A stretch of DNA of 64,000 nt from Eledone cirrhosa. Taxonomy: Eukaryota. The notes beneath the pieces were generated by a model, which was given only the letters and a program-made list of their open reading frames with translations, had not been told where the DNA came from and ran no database searches. The position numbers and the translations under genes were made by a program. The stretch lies in assembly GCA_964016885.1 (NCBI GenBank), contig OZ024746.1:24800001-24864000 (forward strand). The letters are read 5' to 3'. Positions 1-11,127 of this stretch are shown one piece after another. The number at the start of each line of letters is the position of its first letter. The first letter of the stretch is position 1.

Positions 1-1247
1 ACTCTTAGTACGGCGTTCCTTTGTCAGTGTTAAACAAACGAGCAAATTTTTTTTACTTCCGTTGCCACTCTTGTCTTCATAAAAACAGTGACTATATTCC
101 CATTATTTATTTTCATTATAATTGATTATGAATAATTTTGAACGTCCAAATTTGTGGAAGAGACACGGAGTTCTTCTTGGAATCCGCACCGGGAGGACGA
201 ATAAGGAAATTTCAGACTTTCTCAGCATCAGCAGCAGAATGGTAGAAAAGGTCAGAAAGGAATTGGAAGATTCAGGATTCGACTACATCAGAGAGGAAAA
301 CACATGATCGACGATCTGACGCCTTCAGAACGCCCGAGTTCGTCGCTGAAGTTCAGGATATCATCAACAATGAACCTAACAAGTCGATGCGAGGCATTAC
401 AAGAGAGAAAGGCGTGGATGAAAAGCTCATTAGGCTGGTGGTACATGAAGACATTCGCTACGTTTCATACGAGATGAGGAAAGGACAATTTCTGTCAAAG
501 GTGATGCAAGAAAAGCAACTGAAGCATGAAAAGAAGCTGATCAACAAGTTGAAACACCCACTGGAGCCAGACATGCTGTGGTTTTTCTCCGATGAGAAAA
601 CCTTCTGCCAAGACCTGAAGATCAACTCCCAGAACAACAGGTGGCTCGCTGTCTCATCCAAAGACGTGCCCAGAGTCATGCAGACAAAGTTTCCAGCGAC
701 AACATTGGTCTTAGGTGTCATCAGCAGTCAAGGTGACCTCATGCCACCTCACTTCTTCCCTGAGGGCCTCAATCTGAACACCAATGGCTACATCCGCGTT
801 CTGAGCGAGGTAGTAAAGCCCTGGATCGACCAGGTAGATGCAGGTAGGCCGTACGTGTGGCAGCAAGACTCAGCGCCATGCCATACCAGCCGAAAGACCC
901 AAGCCTGGCTGTCAGAGAACTTTGTCGACCGCACTTCCCCTGACATCTGGCCTCCCAGCTCGCCTGACTGCAACCCCCTCGACTTCTTTGTGTGGGCTGC
1001 AGTGGAACGAGACACCAACAGATCTAGCTGCAATACTGTTGGAGGACAGTGACGAAGGCCTGTAGCCGGTTCCGAGACCATCTTGAGGCCGTCATCAAAG
1101 CCAATGGCGGGTTTATCAAGTGAGATCGAAAGAACAAGTCATGAAGACAAACTGACCAAAGTTTGATAAATATATCTTAAAAAATAAAACTACTGTGTTA
1201 TTTTTTCCTAGACAGTAATCTTGCGAACAAATATCGTCCGCACCCTG
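1..1247 (+). mobile_element. Tc1/mariner superfamily DNA transposon, DD37D (maT) family, decayed; left end outside window
   Basis: The ORF at 387-1052 has FFSDEK, WQQDSAPCH and WPPSSPDCNPLD motifs with 37 residues between the 2nd and 3rd Asp. The right end ...ATATCGTCCGCACCCTG (1247) is followed by TA, reading CAGGGTG... on the minus strand as expected for a TIR with a TA target site. Confidence 0.9.
122..1122 (+). pseudogene. maT DD37D transposase pseudogene
   Basis: The N-terminal part (122-307) and catalytic part (387-1052) are in different frames. The C-terminal LEAVIKANGGFI segment is out of frame after an apparent deletion near 1040. Confidence 0.85.
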
Positions 1248-1342
1248 TATATATAATATATATATATATAATATATATATAATATATATATAATATATAT
1301 ATAATATATATATATATATAGATATAATATATAATATATATA

Positions 1343-3824
1343 TAGAGACATTTAACGTAGAAGAGAACTGGGAGTTCCTAAAAAATAACTTACTAGAGGC
1401 GACGGATGAGGTTTGTGGCTGGAGTAAGACCTCAAGCAGGAGGAGAGTGACTTGGTGGTGGAACAATAAGGTAGATGAAGCAGTCAAGGCCAAGAGACAG
1501 GCATGGAAAGAATGGAAGAACGGGGGGAGCAGGGTACATTACATAGAGACCAAGAGGGAAGCTAGGCGACAAGTATACTTAGCTAGGAGGGAAGCAGAGG
1601 ATAGAAAATTCAAGCATGTTTTACAACGTGAGGACCAGAAACAGGAGGTATTCAAGATTGCGAGGCAGTGTGTCAGAGATAGTTGTGATGTCATTGGAGA
1701 GAAGTGTATCCGGAATGATAAAGGTGAGCTTGCCCTCACAAGTGCTGAGAAGAAAGATGCATGGAAGAGTCATTATGATAGATTACTAAATGAGGAGAAT
1801 GCATGGGAAGAAGAGACCCTACCCCACGTAGACCCTATAGAGGGACCAGCAGTACAAGTCAGCGGCAGCGTAGTAAGTAAGGCAATCAGAGATATGAAGA
1901 TAGGGAAGGCAACCGGTCCATCGGGTATAGCTGCCGAGATGCTGAAGGCATCTGGGTCTGTAGGTCACACTATAACCACACGTATCGTTAACCAGGTAAT
2001 ACTAGAGGGGGCCATACCAAAAGATTGGTGCAGTAGCATCATTGTCAACTGCTACAAAGGTAAAGGCGATGCACTAGATAGAGGAAACTATAGAGGTATA
2101 AAGTTGATGGACCAGGTCATGAAAGTAACAGAAAGAGTTATAGCACAGCTGATTAGGGACCGGGTGAATATAGACGAGATGCAATTTGGGTTTGTTCCAG
2201 GGAAAGGCACCACTGATGCGCTCTTCCTTGTGAGGCAATTACAGGAAAAGTACCTAGCTAAAAGTAAGCCACTCTACTTGGCATTTGTCGACCTTGAGAA
2301 AGCCTTTGACAGAGTTCCACGTGCAGTAATCTGGTGGGCTCTTAGAAAACTAGGAGTAGATGAATGGCTTGTGAAAGCGGTACAAGCCATGTATAGGGGA
2401 GCAGTCAGCAAAGTTAGGATTGGCAATGAGTATAGCGAGGAATTTAGCGTACAGGTTGGGGTCCACCAGGGCTCTGTTCTTAGCCCTCTCCTGTTCATCA
2501 TAGTCCTGCAGGCAATAACGGAGGAGTTTAAGACCGGATGCCCATGGGAACTCCTGTATGCTGATGACCTCGCACTCATAGCTGAATCTATGGTAGAACT
2601 AGAGAATAAATTCCAAACCTGGAAGCAGGGACTAGAGAGAAAGGGCCTCAAAGTCAACATGACAAAGACTAAGGTCCTTATAAGTAGACGAGAAAACAGA
2701 ACCCAGATCCCCTCAGGGAAATGGCCTTGCTCAGTATGTAGGAAAGGTGTAGGTAGGAACTCCATTCTTTGCCCCAAATGCAAACAATGGGTACACAAGA
2801 GATGTAGCGGGATCTCAGGAAGCTTAATTAAGAATGTAGGATTCACATGCAGCAGCTGTGCTGAAACAGCAAGCAAACAGCCACAGGAAACAAGTACCAC
2901 CAATCTCTGGGAGGGCCCTGTAGAAACAGTAGACAGCTTCTGCTACCTAGGTGACCGAATTAGCAACGGAGGTGGGTGCTCAGAAAGTACAATAACTAGG
3001 GTAAGAACGGGATGGAAGAAGTTTAGGGAACTACTACCACTGCTAGCTGCAAAAGGCTTCTCCCTCAGAATGAAAGGCAGACTGTATGATGCGTGTATCC
3101 GAACAGCGATGTTGCATGGTAGTGAGACCTGGGCGCTGAAGGTGGAAGACTTACGTAGATTAGAGAGAAACGAAGCCTGCATGCTCCGATGGATGTGTAA
3201 CAGTAATATACGTGAACGACAAAGCATAAATGAATTGAGAGAGAGACTGAGCATAAGAGGAATCAAATGCTGCGTGCAGGAGAGGCGGTTACGCTGGTAT
3301 GGACATGTGATGCGTATGAAGGATGACAGCTGCATAAAAAGGTGCAGAGCACTAGAAGTTGATGGAAACCGCGGAGTGGGGAGACCCAAGATGACTTGGG
3401 ATGAGGTGATAAAAGCCGACCTTACCCAACTACACCTCTCAAAGTCAATGACACACGACCGTGACTTCTGGCGTCACGCAGTAATACAGGGTACCCGACC
3501 TCCCATGGGTACATGCTGAAGCATATAAACAATATGCCCCCCCCCCCCCCCACCGCAAGGTGGTCGTGGAGGTGCCACGGCAAAAAAGCACCCAGCCCAC
3601 ACTGTAAAGTGGACGTGTAGGCGCCACGAAAAAGCACCCAGCACTCACTGTAAATGAGGTTGGTGTTAGGAAGGGCATCCAGCTGTAGAAATCAAGCCAG
3701 ATCAGTTCCTGTATGAGCAAGGCATGGTCAGCCGACCAGACACTGCCCACAACAGGACAACCCGTCTAACCCATGCTAGCGTGGAAGAACGGACGTAAAA
3801 CGGTGATGATGATGATGATGATGA
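1343..3824 (+). mobile_element. RTE-clade non-LTR retrotransposon, 5'-truncated (endonuclease missing), with 3'UTR and (GAT)n tail
   Basis: RT ORF, RTE-type C-terminus (RRLRWYGHVMR...GRPKMTW), 3'UTR containing GGTTGGTGTTAGGAAGGGCATCCAGCTGTAGAAA, and a (GAT)n tail at ~3804-3824. Confidence 0.9.
1447..3519 (+). CDS. RTE LINE ORF2 remnant: reverse transcriptase with inserted C4HC3 (PHD-type) zinc finger; no true start codon
   Basis: NYRGIKL, QFGF, FVDLEKAFD, GVHQGSVLSP, LYADDL and FCYLG motifs; CSVC-x10-CPKC-x4-HKRC-x13-CSSC at ~2728-2859; 690 uninterrupted codons. Confidence 0.9.
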   Translation: MTWWWNNKVDEAVKAKRQAWKEWKNGGSRVHYIETKREARRQVYLARREAEDRKFKHVLQREDQKQEVFKIARQCVRDSCDVIGEKCIRNDKGELALTSAEKKDAWKSHYDRLLNEENAWEEETLPHVDPIEGPAVQVSGSVVSKAIRDMKIGKATGPSGIAAEMLKASGSVGHTITTRIVNQVILEGAIPKDWCSSIIVNCYKGKGDALDRGNYRGIKLMDQVMKVTERVIAQLIRDRVNIDEMQFGFVPGKGTTDALFLVRQLQEKYLAKSKPLYLAFVDLEKAFDRVPRAVIWWALRKLGVDEWLVKAVQAMYRGAVSKVRIGNEYSEEFSVQVGVHQGSVLSPLLFIIVLQAITEEFKTGCPWELLYADDLALIAESMVELENKFQTWKQGLERKGLKVNMTKTKVLISRRENRTQIPSGKWPCSVCRKGVGRNSILCPKCKQWVHKRCSGISGSLIKNVGFTCSSCAETASKQPQETSTTNLWEGPVETVDSFCYLGDRISNGGGCSESTITRVRTGWKKFRELLPLLAAKGFSLRMKGRLYDACIRTAMLHGSETWALKVEDLRRLERNEACMLRWMCNSNIRERQSINELRERLSIRGIKCCVQERRLRWYGHVMRMKDDSCIKRCRALEVDGNRGVGRPKMTWDEVIKADLTQLHLSKSMTHDRDFWRHAVIQGTRPPMGTC

Positions 3825-3875
3825 TATAATATATAATATATATATATAAATATATAATATATATATATATATACA

Positions 3876-4723
3876 CTAGCAGTGGTACCCGGCGTTGCAC
3901 GGGATAAGGTATTTTGGAACGCGGGCTGCCAACAAACCTAATCGTGGACAATATGTAAAGAAAATAAACCGAATACTCTCATTGCTGGATAATCTTTAAA
4001 ATTTTCCTCGATGATGCAGGAAAAATGCAGGTTTTCACATAATGCGGGCCATAGGGGATCAAGAAAATGAATTTTTTTTATGTGCATAATATGCCTTGAA
4101 AATTCGGGAAAATCGGCTAGACGTAACGTCTCAAAAAACCCCTAAAAAGCTGAAAAGTTTTTCACCTAATGCGGGCCGTAGGCCATAAAAAAGTTAGATT
4201 TTCTTTGCTCACGGTATAAAGAAGAGACTTACTAATACATAGTTACAATTTCAAGGAAATCAGTCTGACATAACGACTCAAAAAAAACCTAAAAACCTGA
4301 AAAAATGCAGTTTTTCAGCTAATGCGGGGATCAAAAAGTTGAATTTATTTATGTGCATAACACTCCCTGAAACATAAGTAATACACATGTAAAGTTTGAA
4401 AAAAGTCGGTTGGATACTTCTCGAGTTTTAGGGATTCAAACTCACACACACCCTCAGGGAAGTGACATAATGCAGACAGCCAGACATACAGACAGATATA
4501 AGGGCGCGACGTTATATGTATGTATCCATCTAATAAGAGAAAGACTAAGAATTATAGAGAGAGATCGCTAAATCGCCTAATGCGGTCCCTAGGGCATTGA
4601 AAATTTGAAATTTTTTTTTCTCAGAACACTCCCTGAAACATAAGTATTACATGTGTAAAGTTTGAAAATAGTCGGTTGTGTGGTTCAAACACACACACAC
4701 ATCCTCAGTTTTATATATATAGA
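3876..4723 (-). mobile_element. Non-autonomous Helitron
   Basis: The minus strand starts A|TCTATATATATAAAACTGAGGATGTGTGTG (4723) and ends with the hairpin CCCG-TGCAACGC-CGGG followed 8 nt later by CTAG|T (3879-3876). It sits between A and T with no TSD and has internal subrepeats (TAATGCGG x4; CACTCCCTGAAACATAAGT x2). Confidence 0.8.
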
Positions 4724-5021
4724 TTATATATTATATATAGTTTATATATATATATATTTGACAAAAAAGGAAAAGAATGACTTCCTTCGTAGTGTTAAAA
4801 AATTTTTTATCTAATTTTATATTATATTATAATAATATAATATTATAATATTATAATATTAATATATAATATTATAATATTATAAAATTAAATCAAAAAT
4901 AATATTATAATATTATAAAATATAATAATATAATATAAAATTAAATCAAAAATTTAAGTGAAGTCATTCTTTACCTTTTTTTCAAATATACCTAACTGTA
5001 CCAAGGATCTCACATTTTCCA

Positions 5022-5072
5022 ATATATATATGTACATATACACATAATATATACATACGTATATATATATAC

Positions 5073-5121
<49 letters not shown>

Positions 5122-5742
5122 CATACATATATATATATATACATACATATATATATACATACATATACATACATATATATATACATACATATATATACAC
5201 ATACATATATATACACATACATATATATACATATATATATATATACATACATATATACATACATATATATACATATATATATATATACATACATATATAT
5301 ATACATACATATATATACATATATATATATATATACATACATATATATATACATACATACATATACATATATATATACATACATACATATATATACATAT
5401 ATATATACATACATACATATATATACATATATATATATATACATACATATATATACATATATATATATATACATACATATATATACATATATATATATAT
5501 ACATATATATACATATATATATATATACATACATATATATACATATATATATATATACATACATATATATACATATATATATATACATACATATATATAC
5601 ATATATATATATACATACATATATATACATATATATATATACATACATATATATACATATATATATATATACATACATATATATACATATATATATATAT
5701 ACATACATATATATACATATATATATACATACATATATATAC

Positions 5743-5779
<37 letters not shown>

Positions 5780-5987
5780 CATACATATATATATACATAC
5801 ATATATATATATATACATACGTATATATATATATACATACATATATACATACATATATATATACATACATATATATATATATACATACGTATATATATAT
5901 ACATACGTATATATATATATACATACATATATATATATATACATACGTATATATATATATACATACGTATATATATATATACATACG

Positions 5988-6039
<52 letters not shown>

Positions 6040-6060
6040 CATACGTATATATATATATAC

Positions 6061-6109
<49 letters not shown>

Positions 6110-6171
6110 CAAACATTCGTATGTATACGTATGTATATATATATACATACGTATATATATATATACATACG

Positions 6172-6231
<60 letters not shown>

Positions 6232-6237
6232 CATACG

Positions 6238-6307
<70 letters not shown>

Positions 6308-6308
6308 C
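5022..6308. repeat. Compound (TA)n/(TACA)n microsatellite
   Basis: Continuous TA/TACA tract with CATACGTA interruptions toward the right end. Confidence 0.97.
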
Positions 6309-9300
6309 AAACATTCGAGCTATCACCCAGCACCACCCTCCACTATCACCCCACTGCACAAACTCCCATTGCTGCCATTAACAAACAAACAAATTAACAA
6401 CACACCAAAACAATTAAAACCATCCACTCTCGCCTCTACATTTTTGCTTAACGCCCAAGGCATCAGCCCTTCCACCAATACTCAAAAATGGAAGATCAAA
6501 TTCCTGGAGGACTGGATTGATGTCCATCCAAACCACATCCCTTTCTTCGTCCTCACTGAAACCCATCTCAGTAACCTCCACTTGGAAGCCGAGGTGAAAG
6601 TGAAAAATTTCAAAGCCATCCGTGCTGATCGCGCTGGCAGAAGAAAGGGCGGAACTGCCATTTATGTCCATAATTCTTTCTCAACAGAGGCTATGAACAT
6701 ATTCACTAATGGATACTGTGAAGCAGTCATTGTATTCAGTCAAACCAACAACCTATTAGTAGTTGGGCTCTATAGGCCACCCCAAACGCCTGTACCATGC
6801 TTCAAGGAATGCCTCAACAGCATAAAGTGTTTCATCCAAGAGTGTCACCCTGACAACATCTTAATGATGGGGGACTTCAACCTCCCCGGAGTTGACTGGT
6901 CCACAAACAGCCTGCCACCAGGTTCTTCTGCCTCAACCTCTGACAGGGAAGCTGTGGAATCGCTTCTTGACTTCATGGATGATTTCTTCCTATCCCAACT
7001 GGTGCTCGAACCAACGAGGTGCCACAAAAACGTCCTAGACTTAATTTTCAGCAATCACACTGACAATATCCACAATATTGCAGTGGAGAAAACTCTACTC
7101 TCTGATCATGACATGGTTCTCTGTGATCTGAGATTCCACCGTCCAATATACAAACCCAATGTCATCTCTCCTGTCCATCCGTTTGACGCTATGGATTTCC
7201 ACAATGCAAACTGGGAAGCGATCAGTCATGATCTTGCACATGTCGACTGGTCCTTCACGCACACTCATACACCCACTAACATCAAAAAGTCCTGGCAGAC
7301 ATTTGTGGACACTGTTACAAACATATGTGCTAAACACACCCCATTAAGAACTATAAACAAATCTAAGAGCAGAATCCCTAGAAATAGAAAAACGCTCATC
7401 AGAAAAATTAAGAGAACGAACAAAAAAATCAACAAGCTGAAATACTGTCAGCAGCAACACATCAACTTGACTGCCATTTCATCACTAGAGATTAAAAAAC
7501 ATAACCTCCAAAACAACATAATGTCCCTCATCAACAATCAGAGAAGAGCTGAAGAGGCCTGGGCCATTGAGAAGATCAAACTCAATCCCAAAGTGTTCTT
7601 TTCATTTGCAAAAAAACACAAAATCACTGGCTCTACTGTTGGCCCTCTAATTGATGAAAATGGCACTCTTCAAGACAATGCTAAAACCATGGGTGAGATA
7701 CTGCAGAAACAATACTGCTCTGTTTTCAGCAATCCTGATATGGCCGATCTGGGCTGTATCGGCGATGTTACTCCCCATTACACCTTATCGGACATAACGT
7801 TTGGCGCCCCTGATGTCTTGGCGGCAATAAAGGAAATCAAGCATAATTCAGCAGTAGGTCCCGATAGGTTCCCTGCTTGTGTCTTGAAGGCGTGTCAACA
7901 CCAACTTGCATCTCCTCTTGCCAATCTGTGGCGGAACTCACTGGATGCTGGATATGTGCCAGAAAACCTTCTATCCCAGTCTGTTGTCCCAGTTTTCAAA
8001 AAGGGAAACAAATCCCTTGCCGTGAATTACCGTCCAATCTCACTCACCTCTCATATCATTAAGGTATTTGAGCGAGTGGTGAGATCGCGAATGACCCACT
8101 TCCTTGAGAGTAACAATATGCTGAACTCCAACCAGCATGGATTCCGTAATGGAAGGGATTGCCTGACGCAGCTACTGCATCACTTTGATGACATTTTGAG
8201 AGCCTTGGGAGAGGGTTCCAACACTGATGTTATCTACCTTGATTTCAGCAAGGCCTTTGACAGGGTTGATCATAACATTCTACTGAGAAAGCTGTCCAAT
8301 ATTGGTGTCACTGGAAAGCTGCTGCAGTGGATCAAGAGCTTCCTGTCAAACAGAACCCAACATGTTGTAGTTGAGGGAGTCAAATCAAGCCCAGCCAAAG
8401 TCAGTAGTGGGGTCCCACAAGGCACTGTGTTGGGCCCACTTCTCTTCATCATCTATATTAATGACATCACTGACATCATCAAACACAGCAACATTAAAAT
8501 TTTCGCTGATGATTCCAAGCTCCAAAAGGTCATCAATGGCGTGGATGACCGGATAAGCCTTCAGTCAGACCTACTGGCTGTTACCCAATGGGCAGAAAAG
8601 AACAACATGTTACTGAACGAAGACAAATTCGAACTGATCCACTTTGGAAAAGAGGATGCTCTGAAACTCCCGTACTCCCTTCCCTCCGGGGAAACTCTCG
8701 TGGCATCTAACAACATCAGAGACTTGGGAGTAACCGTGGACAGCAACATAAGCTGGACCACGCATATAAGCAGCAAAGTTGACATGGCCCGCAGAATGTG
8801 TTCCTGGATCCTCAGAACCTTCCAGTCGAGAGATTCCCGCACCATTATCCTTCTCTTCTCTACTTTCGCCCGACCACACCTTGAATACTGTTGTCCACTG
8901 TGGTCTCCCCACACGAAACAAAGTATCATGAAACTTGAAGCTCCTCAAAGGGCAATCACGAAAAAGATAGATGGCATGTCAGACCTTGACTACTGGGGTC
9001 GATTAGAAAACCTGAAACTTTACTCACTCCAACGTCGCCGTGAGCGTTATATTATCTGCATGATGTGGAAAATGTTCCATCATCACTGCCCAAATGATGT
9101 TGGCATCGCCTTCAAGATACACCCAAGGTTTGGGCCCCGTGCTATCCGTCCCATTCAAAAATCTAAATCGCAACTCATAACAACAATACGGCACAATTAT
9201 TTCACCTCAATCGGCCCTGCTCTCTTCAACATCACACCAGGACACGTCAAAACAGAAACTGACCACACAAAATTCAAGAAGTCTTTGGACAAATTCCTCC

Positions 9301-9476
9301 AAGTAATCCCGGACAAACCACCCACACCCGGATATGTCTCCGCAAACAGTAATTCTCTTCTCGAATGGGCCATGGTGCCCAAATCCTGAATTGAAAGACT
9401 TCGCCAGGTGGTGCTATTAAGTTAGACATGGCCTGGGCCAATACTGGCCAAAACATTTCAAAGTTATTCAAAGTTA
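6309..9476 (+). mobile_element. CR1/L2-group LINE, ORF1-less (5'-truncated) but with complete ORF2 and 3' end
   Basis: APE+RT ORF, short 3'UTR with a GGCCA..TGGCC stem-loop and a (TTCAAAGTTA)x2 tail at 9457-9476. It lies inside a TA microsatellite. Confidence 0.85.
6369..9389 (+). CDS. LINE ORF2: apurinic-like endonuclease + reverse transcriptase (CR1/L2 group)
   Basis: APE motifs LNAQG, LTETHL, GGTAIYV, YRPP, MGDFN, LDLIF, SDH; RT motifs [40 protein letters not shown]; C-terminal RPHLEYC and SLQRRRER. 1006 codons with no stop; the exact start is uncertain (non-ATG in the track). Confidence 0.92.
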   Translation: MLPLTNKQINNTPKQLKPSTLASTFLLNAQGISPSTNTQKWKIKFLEDWIDVHPNHIPFFVLTETHLSNLHLEAEVKVKNFKAIRADRAGRRKGGTAIYVHNSFSTEAMNIFTNGYCEAVIVFSQTNNLLVVGLYRPPQTPVPCFKECLNSIKCFIQECHPDNILMMGDFNLPGVDWSTNSLPPGSSASTSDREAVESLLDFMDDFFLSQLVLEPTRCHKNVLDLIFSNHTDNIHNIAVEKTLLSDHDMVLCDLRFHRPIYKPNVISPVHPFDAMDFHNANWEAISHDLAHVDWSFTHTHTPTNIKKSWQTFVDTVTNICAKHTPLRTINKSKSRIPRNRKTLIRKIKRTNKKINKLKYCQQQHINLTAISSLEIKKHNLQNNIMSLINNQRRAEEAWAIEKIKLNPKVFFSFAKKHKITGSTVGPLIDENGTLQDNAKTMGEILQKQYCSVFSNPDMADLGCIGDVTPHYTLSDITFGAPDVLAAIKEIKHNSAVGPDRFPACVLKACQHQLASPLANLWRNSLDAGYVPENLLSQSVVPVFKKGNKSLAVNYRPISLTSHIIKVFERVVRSRMTHFLESNNMLNSNQHGFRNGRDCLTQLLHHFDDILRALGEGSNTDVIYLDFSKAFDRVDHNILLRKLSNIGVTGKLLQWIKSFLSNRTQHVVVEGVKSSPAKVSSGVPQGTVLGPLLFIIYINDITDIIKHSNIKIFADDSKLQKVINGVDDRISLQSDLLAVTQWAEKNNMLLNEDKFELIHFGKEDALKLPYSLPSGETLVASNNIRDLGVTVDSNISWTTHISSKVDMARRMCSWILRTFQSRDSRTIILLFSTFARPHLEYCCPLWSPHTKQSIMKLEAPQRAITKKIDGMSDLDYWGRLENLKLYSLQRRRERYIICMMWKMFHHHCPNDVGIAFKIHPRFGPRAIRPIQKSKSQLITTIRHNYFTSIGPALFNITPGHVKTETDHTKFKKSLDKFLQVIPDKPPTPGYVSANSNSLLEWAMVPKS

Positions 9477-9621
9477 CATATGTATATATATATACATATA
9501 CATATATATATACATACGTATATATATATATACATACATATATATATACATACGTATATATATATATACATATATATATATACATACGTATATATATATA
9601 TACATATATATATATACATAC

Positions 9622-9658
<37 letters not shown>

Positions 9659-9894
9659 CGTATATATATATATACATATATATATATATACATACGTATA
9701 TATATATATACATATATATATATATACATACGTATATATATATATACATATATATATATATACATACGTATATATATATATACATATATATATATATACA
9801 TACGTATATATATATATACATATATATATATATACATACGTATATATATATACATATACATATATATATACATACGTATATATATATACATATA

Positions 9895-9946
<52 letters not shown>

Positions 9947-10019
9947 CATACGTATATATATATACATATACATATATATATACATACGTATATATATATA
10001 CATACGTATATATATATAC

Positions 10020-10050
<31 letters not shown>

Positions 10051-10120
10051 CATACATATATATATACATACATATATATATACATACATATATATATACA
10101 TACATATATATATACATACA

Positions 10121-10172
<52 letters not shown>

Positions 10173-10198
10173 CATACGTATATATATATATATACATA

Positions 10199-10236
<38 letters not shown>

Positions 10237-10275
10237 CATACGTATATATATATATACATATATATACATACATAC

Positions 10276-10306
<31 letters not shown>

Positions 10307-10862
10307 CATATATATATACATACATATATATATATATATATACATATATATATACATACATATATATATATACATATATATATACATACATATATATATA
10401 TATATATATACATATATATATACATACATATATATATATACATATATATATATATACATATATATATACATGCATACATATATATATGTACATATACATA
10501 TATATATATACATACATATATATATACATACATATATATATATACATACATACGTATATATATACATACATACATATATATATACATACATATATATATA
10601 CATACATATATATATATACATACATACGTATATATATATACATATATATATACATACATACATACATATACATATATATATACATACATATACATATATA
10701 TATACATACATATACATATACATACATATTACATATATATATACATACATATTACATATATATATACATATACATACGTATATACATAAATACATACATA
10801 TTCATATATATATATACATACATATATACATAAATACATCTTCATATATATACATACATACT
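9477..10862. repeat. Compound (TA)n/(TACA)n microsatellite
   Basis: TA/TACA tract with CATACGTA interruptions. Confidence 0.97.
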
Positions 10863-10863
10863 T

Positions 10864-11100
10864 ATGCACAAAACTTATGCTGTGCCAATTCTAACGCCAA
10901 CATGCAAGAACTAAGTGAGATGGATGTTAGAACTCGCAAACTTCTCGGTGTTACTCGGAACTTTAACATCAACGGTGATGTGGATAGGCTATACTTCTCA
11001 TGCAAGGAAGGTGGCCGGGGTCTAAAATCCATATTAACATGATATGAGACCCGGATAGTAACACTGAAGCAACATCTTCAACAGAGGAAAAAGGTTGGCA
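10864..11100 (+). mobile_element. R4/Dong-like non-LTR retrotransposon fragment (post-RT region)
   Basis: Translation [13 protein letters not shown]...[19 protein letters not shown] matches my recollection of the R4/Dong conserved block; an in-frame stop follows at 11040-11042. Confidence 0.7.
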
Positions 11101-11127
11101 CATATATATATACACAAATATATATAC

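Noticed and set aside
2274-3389. Antisense ORFs of 209 and 148 aa, and similar ones over the other LINEs
   Set aside because: Shadows of the RT coding strand with no recognisable motifs.
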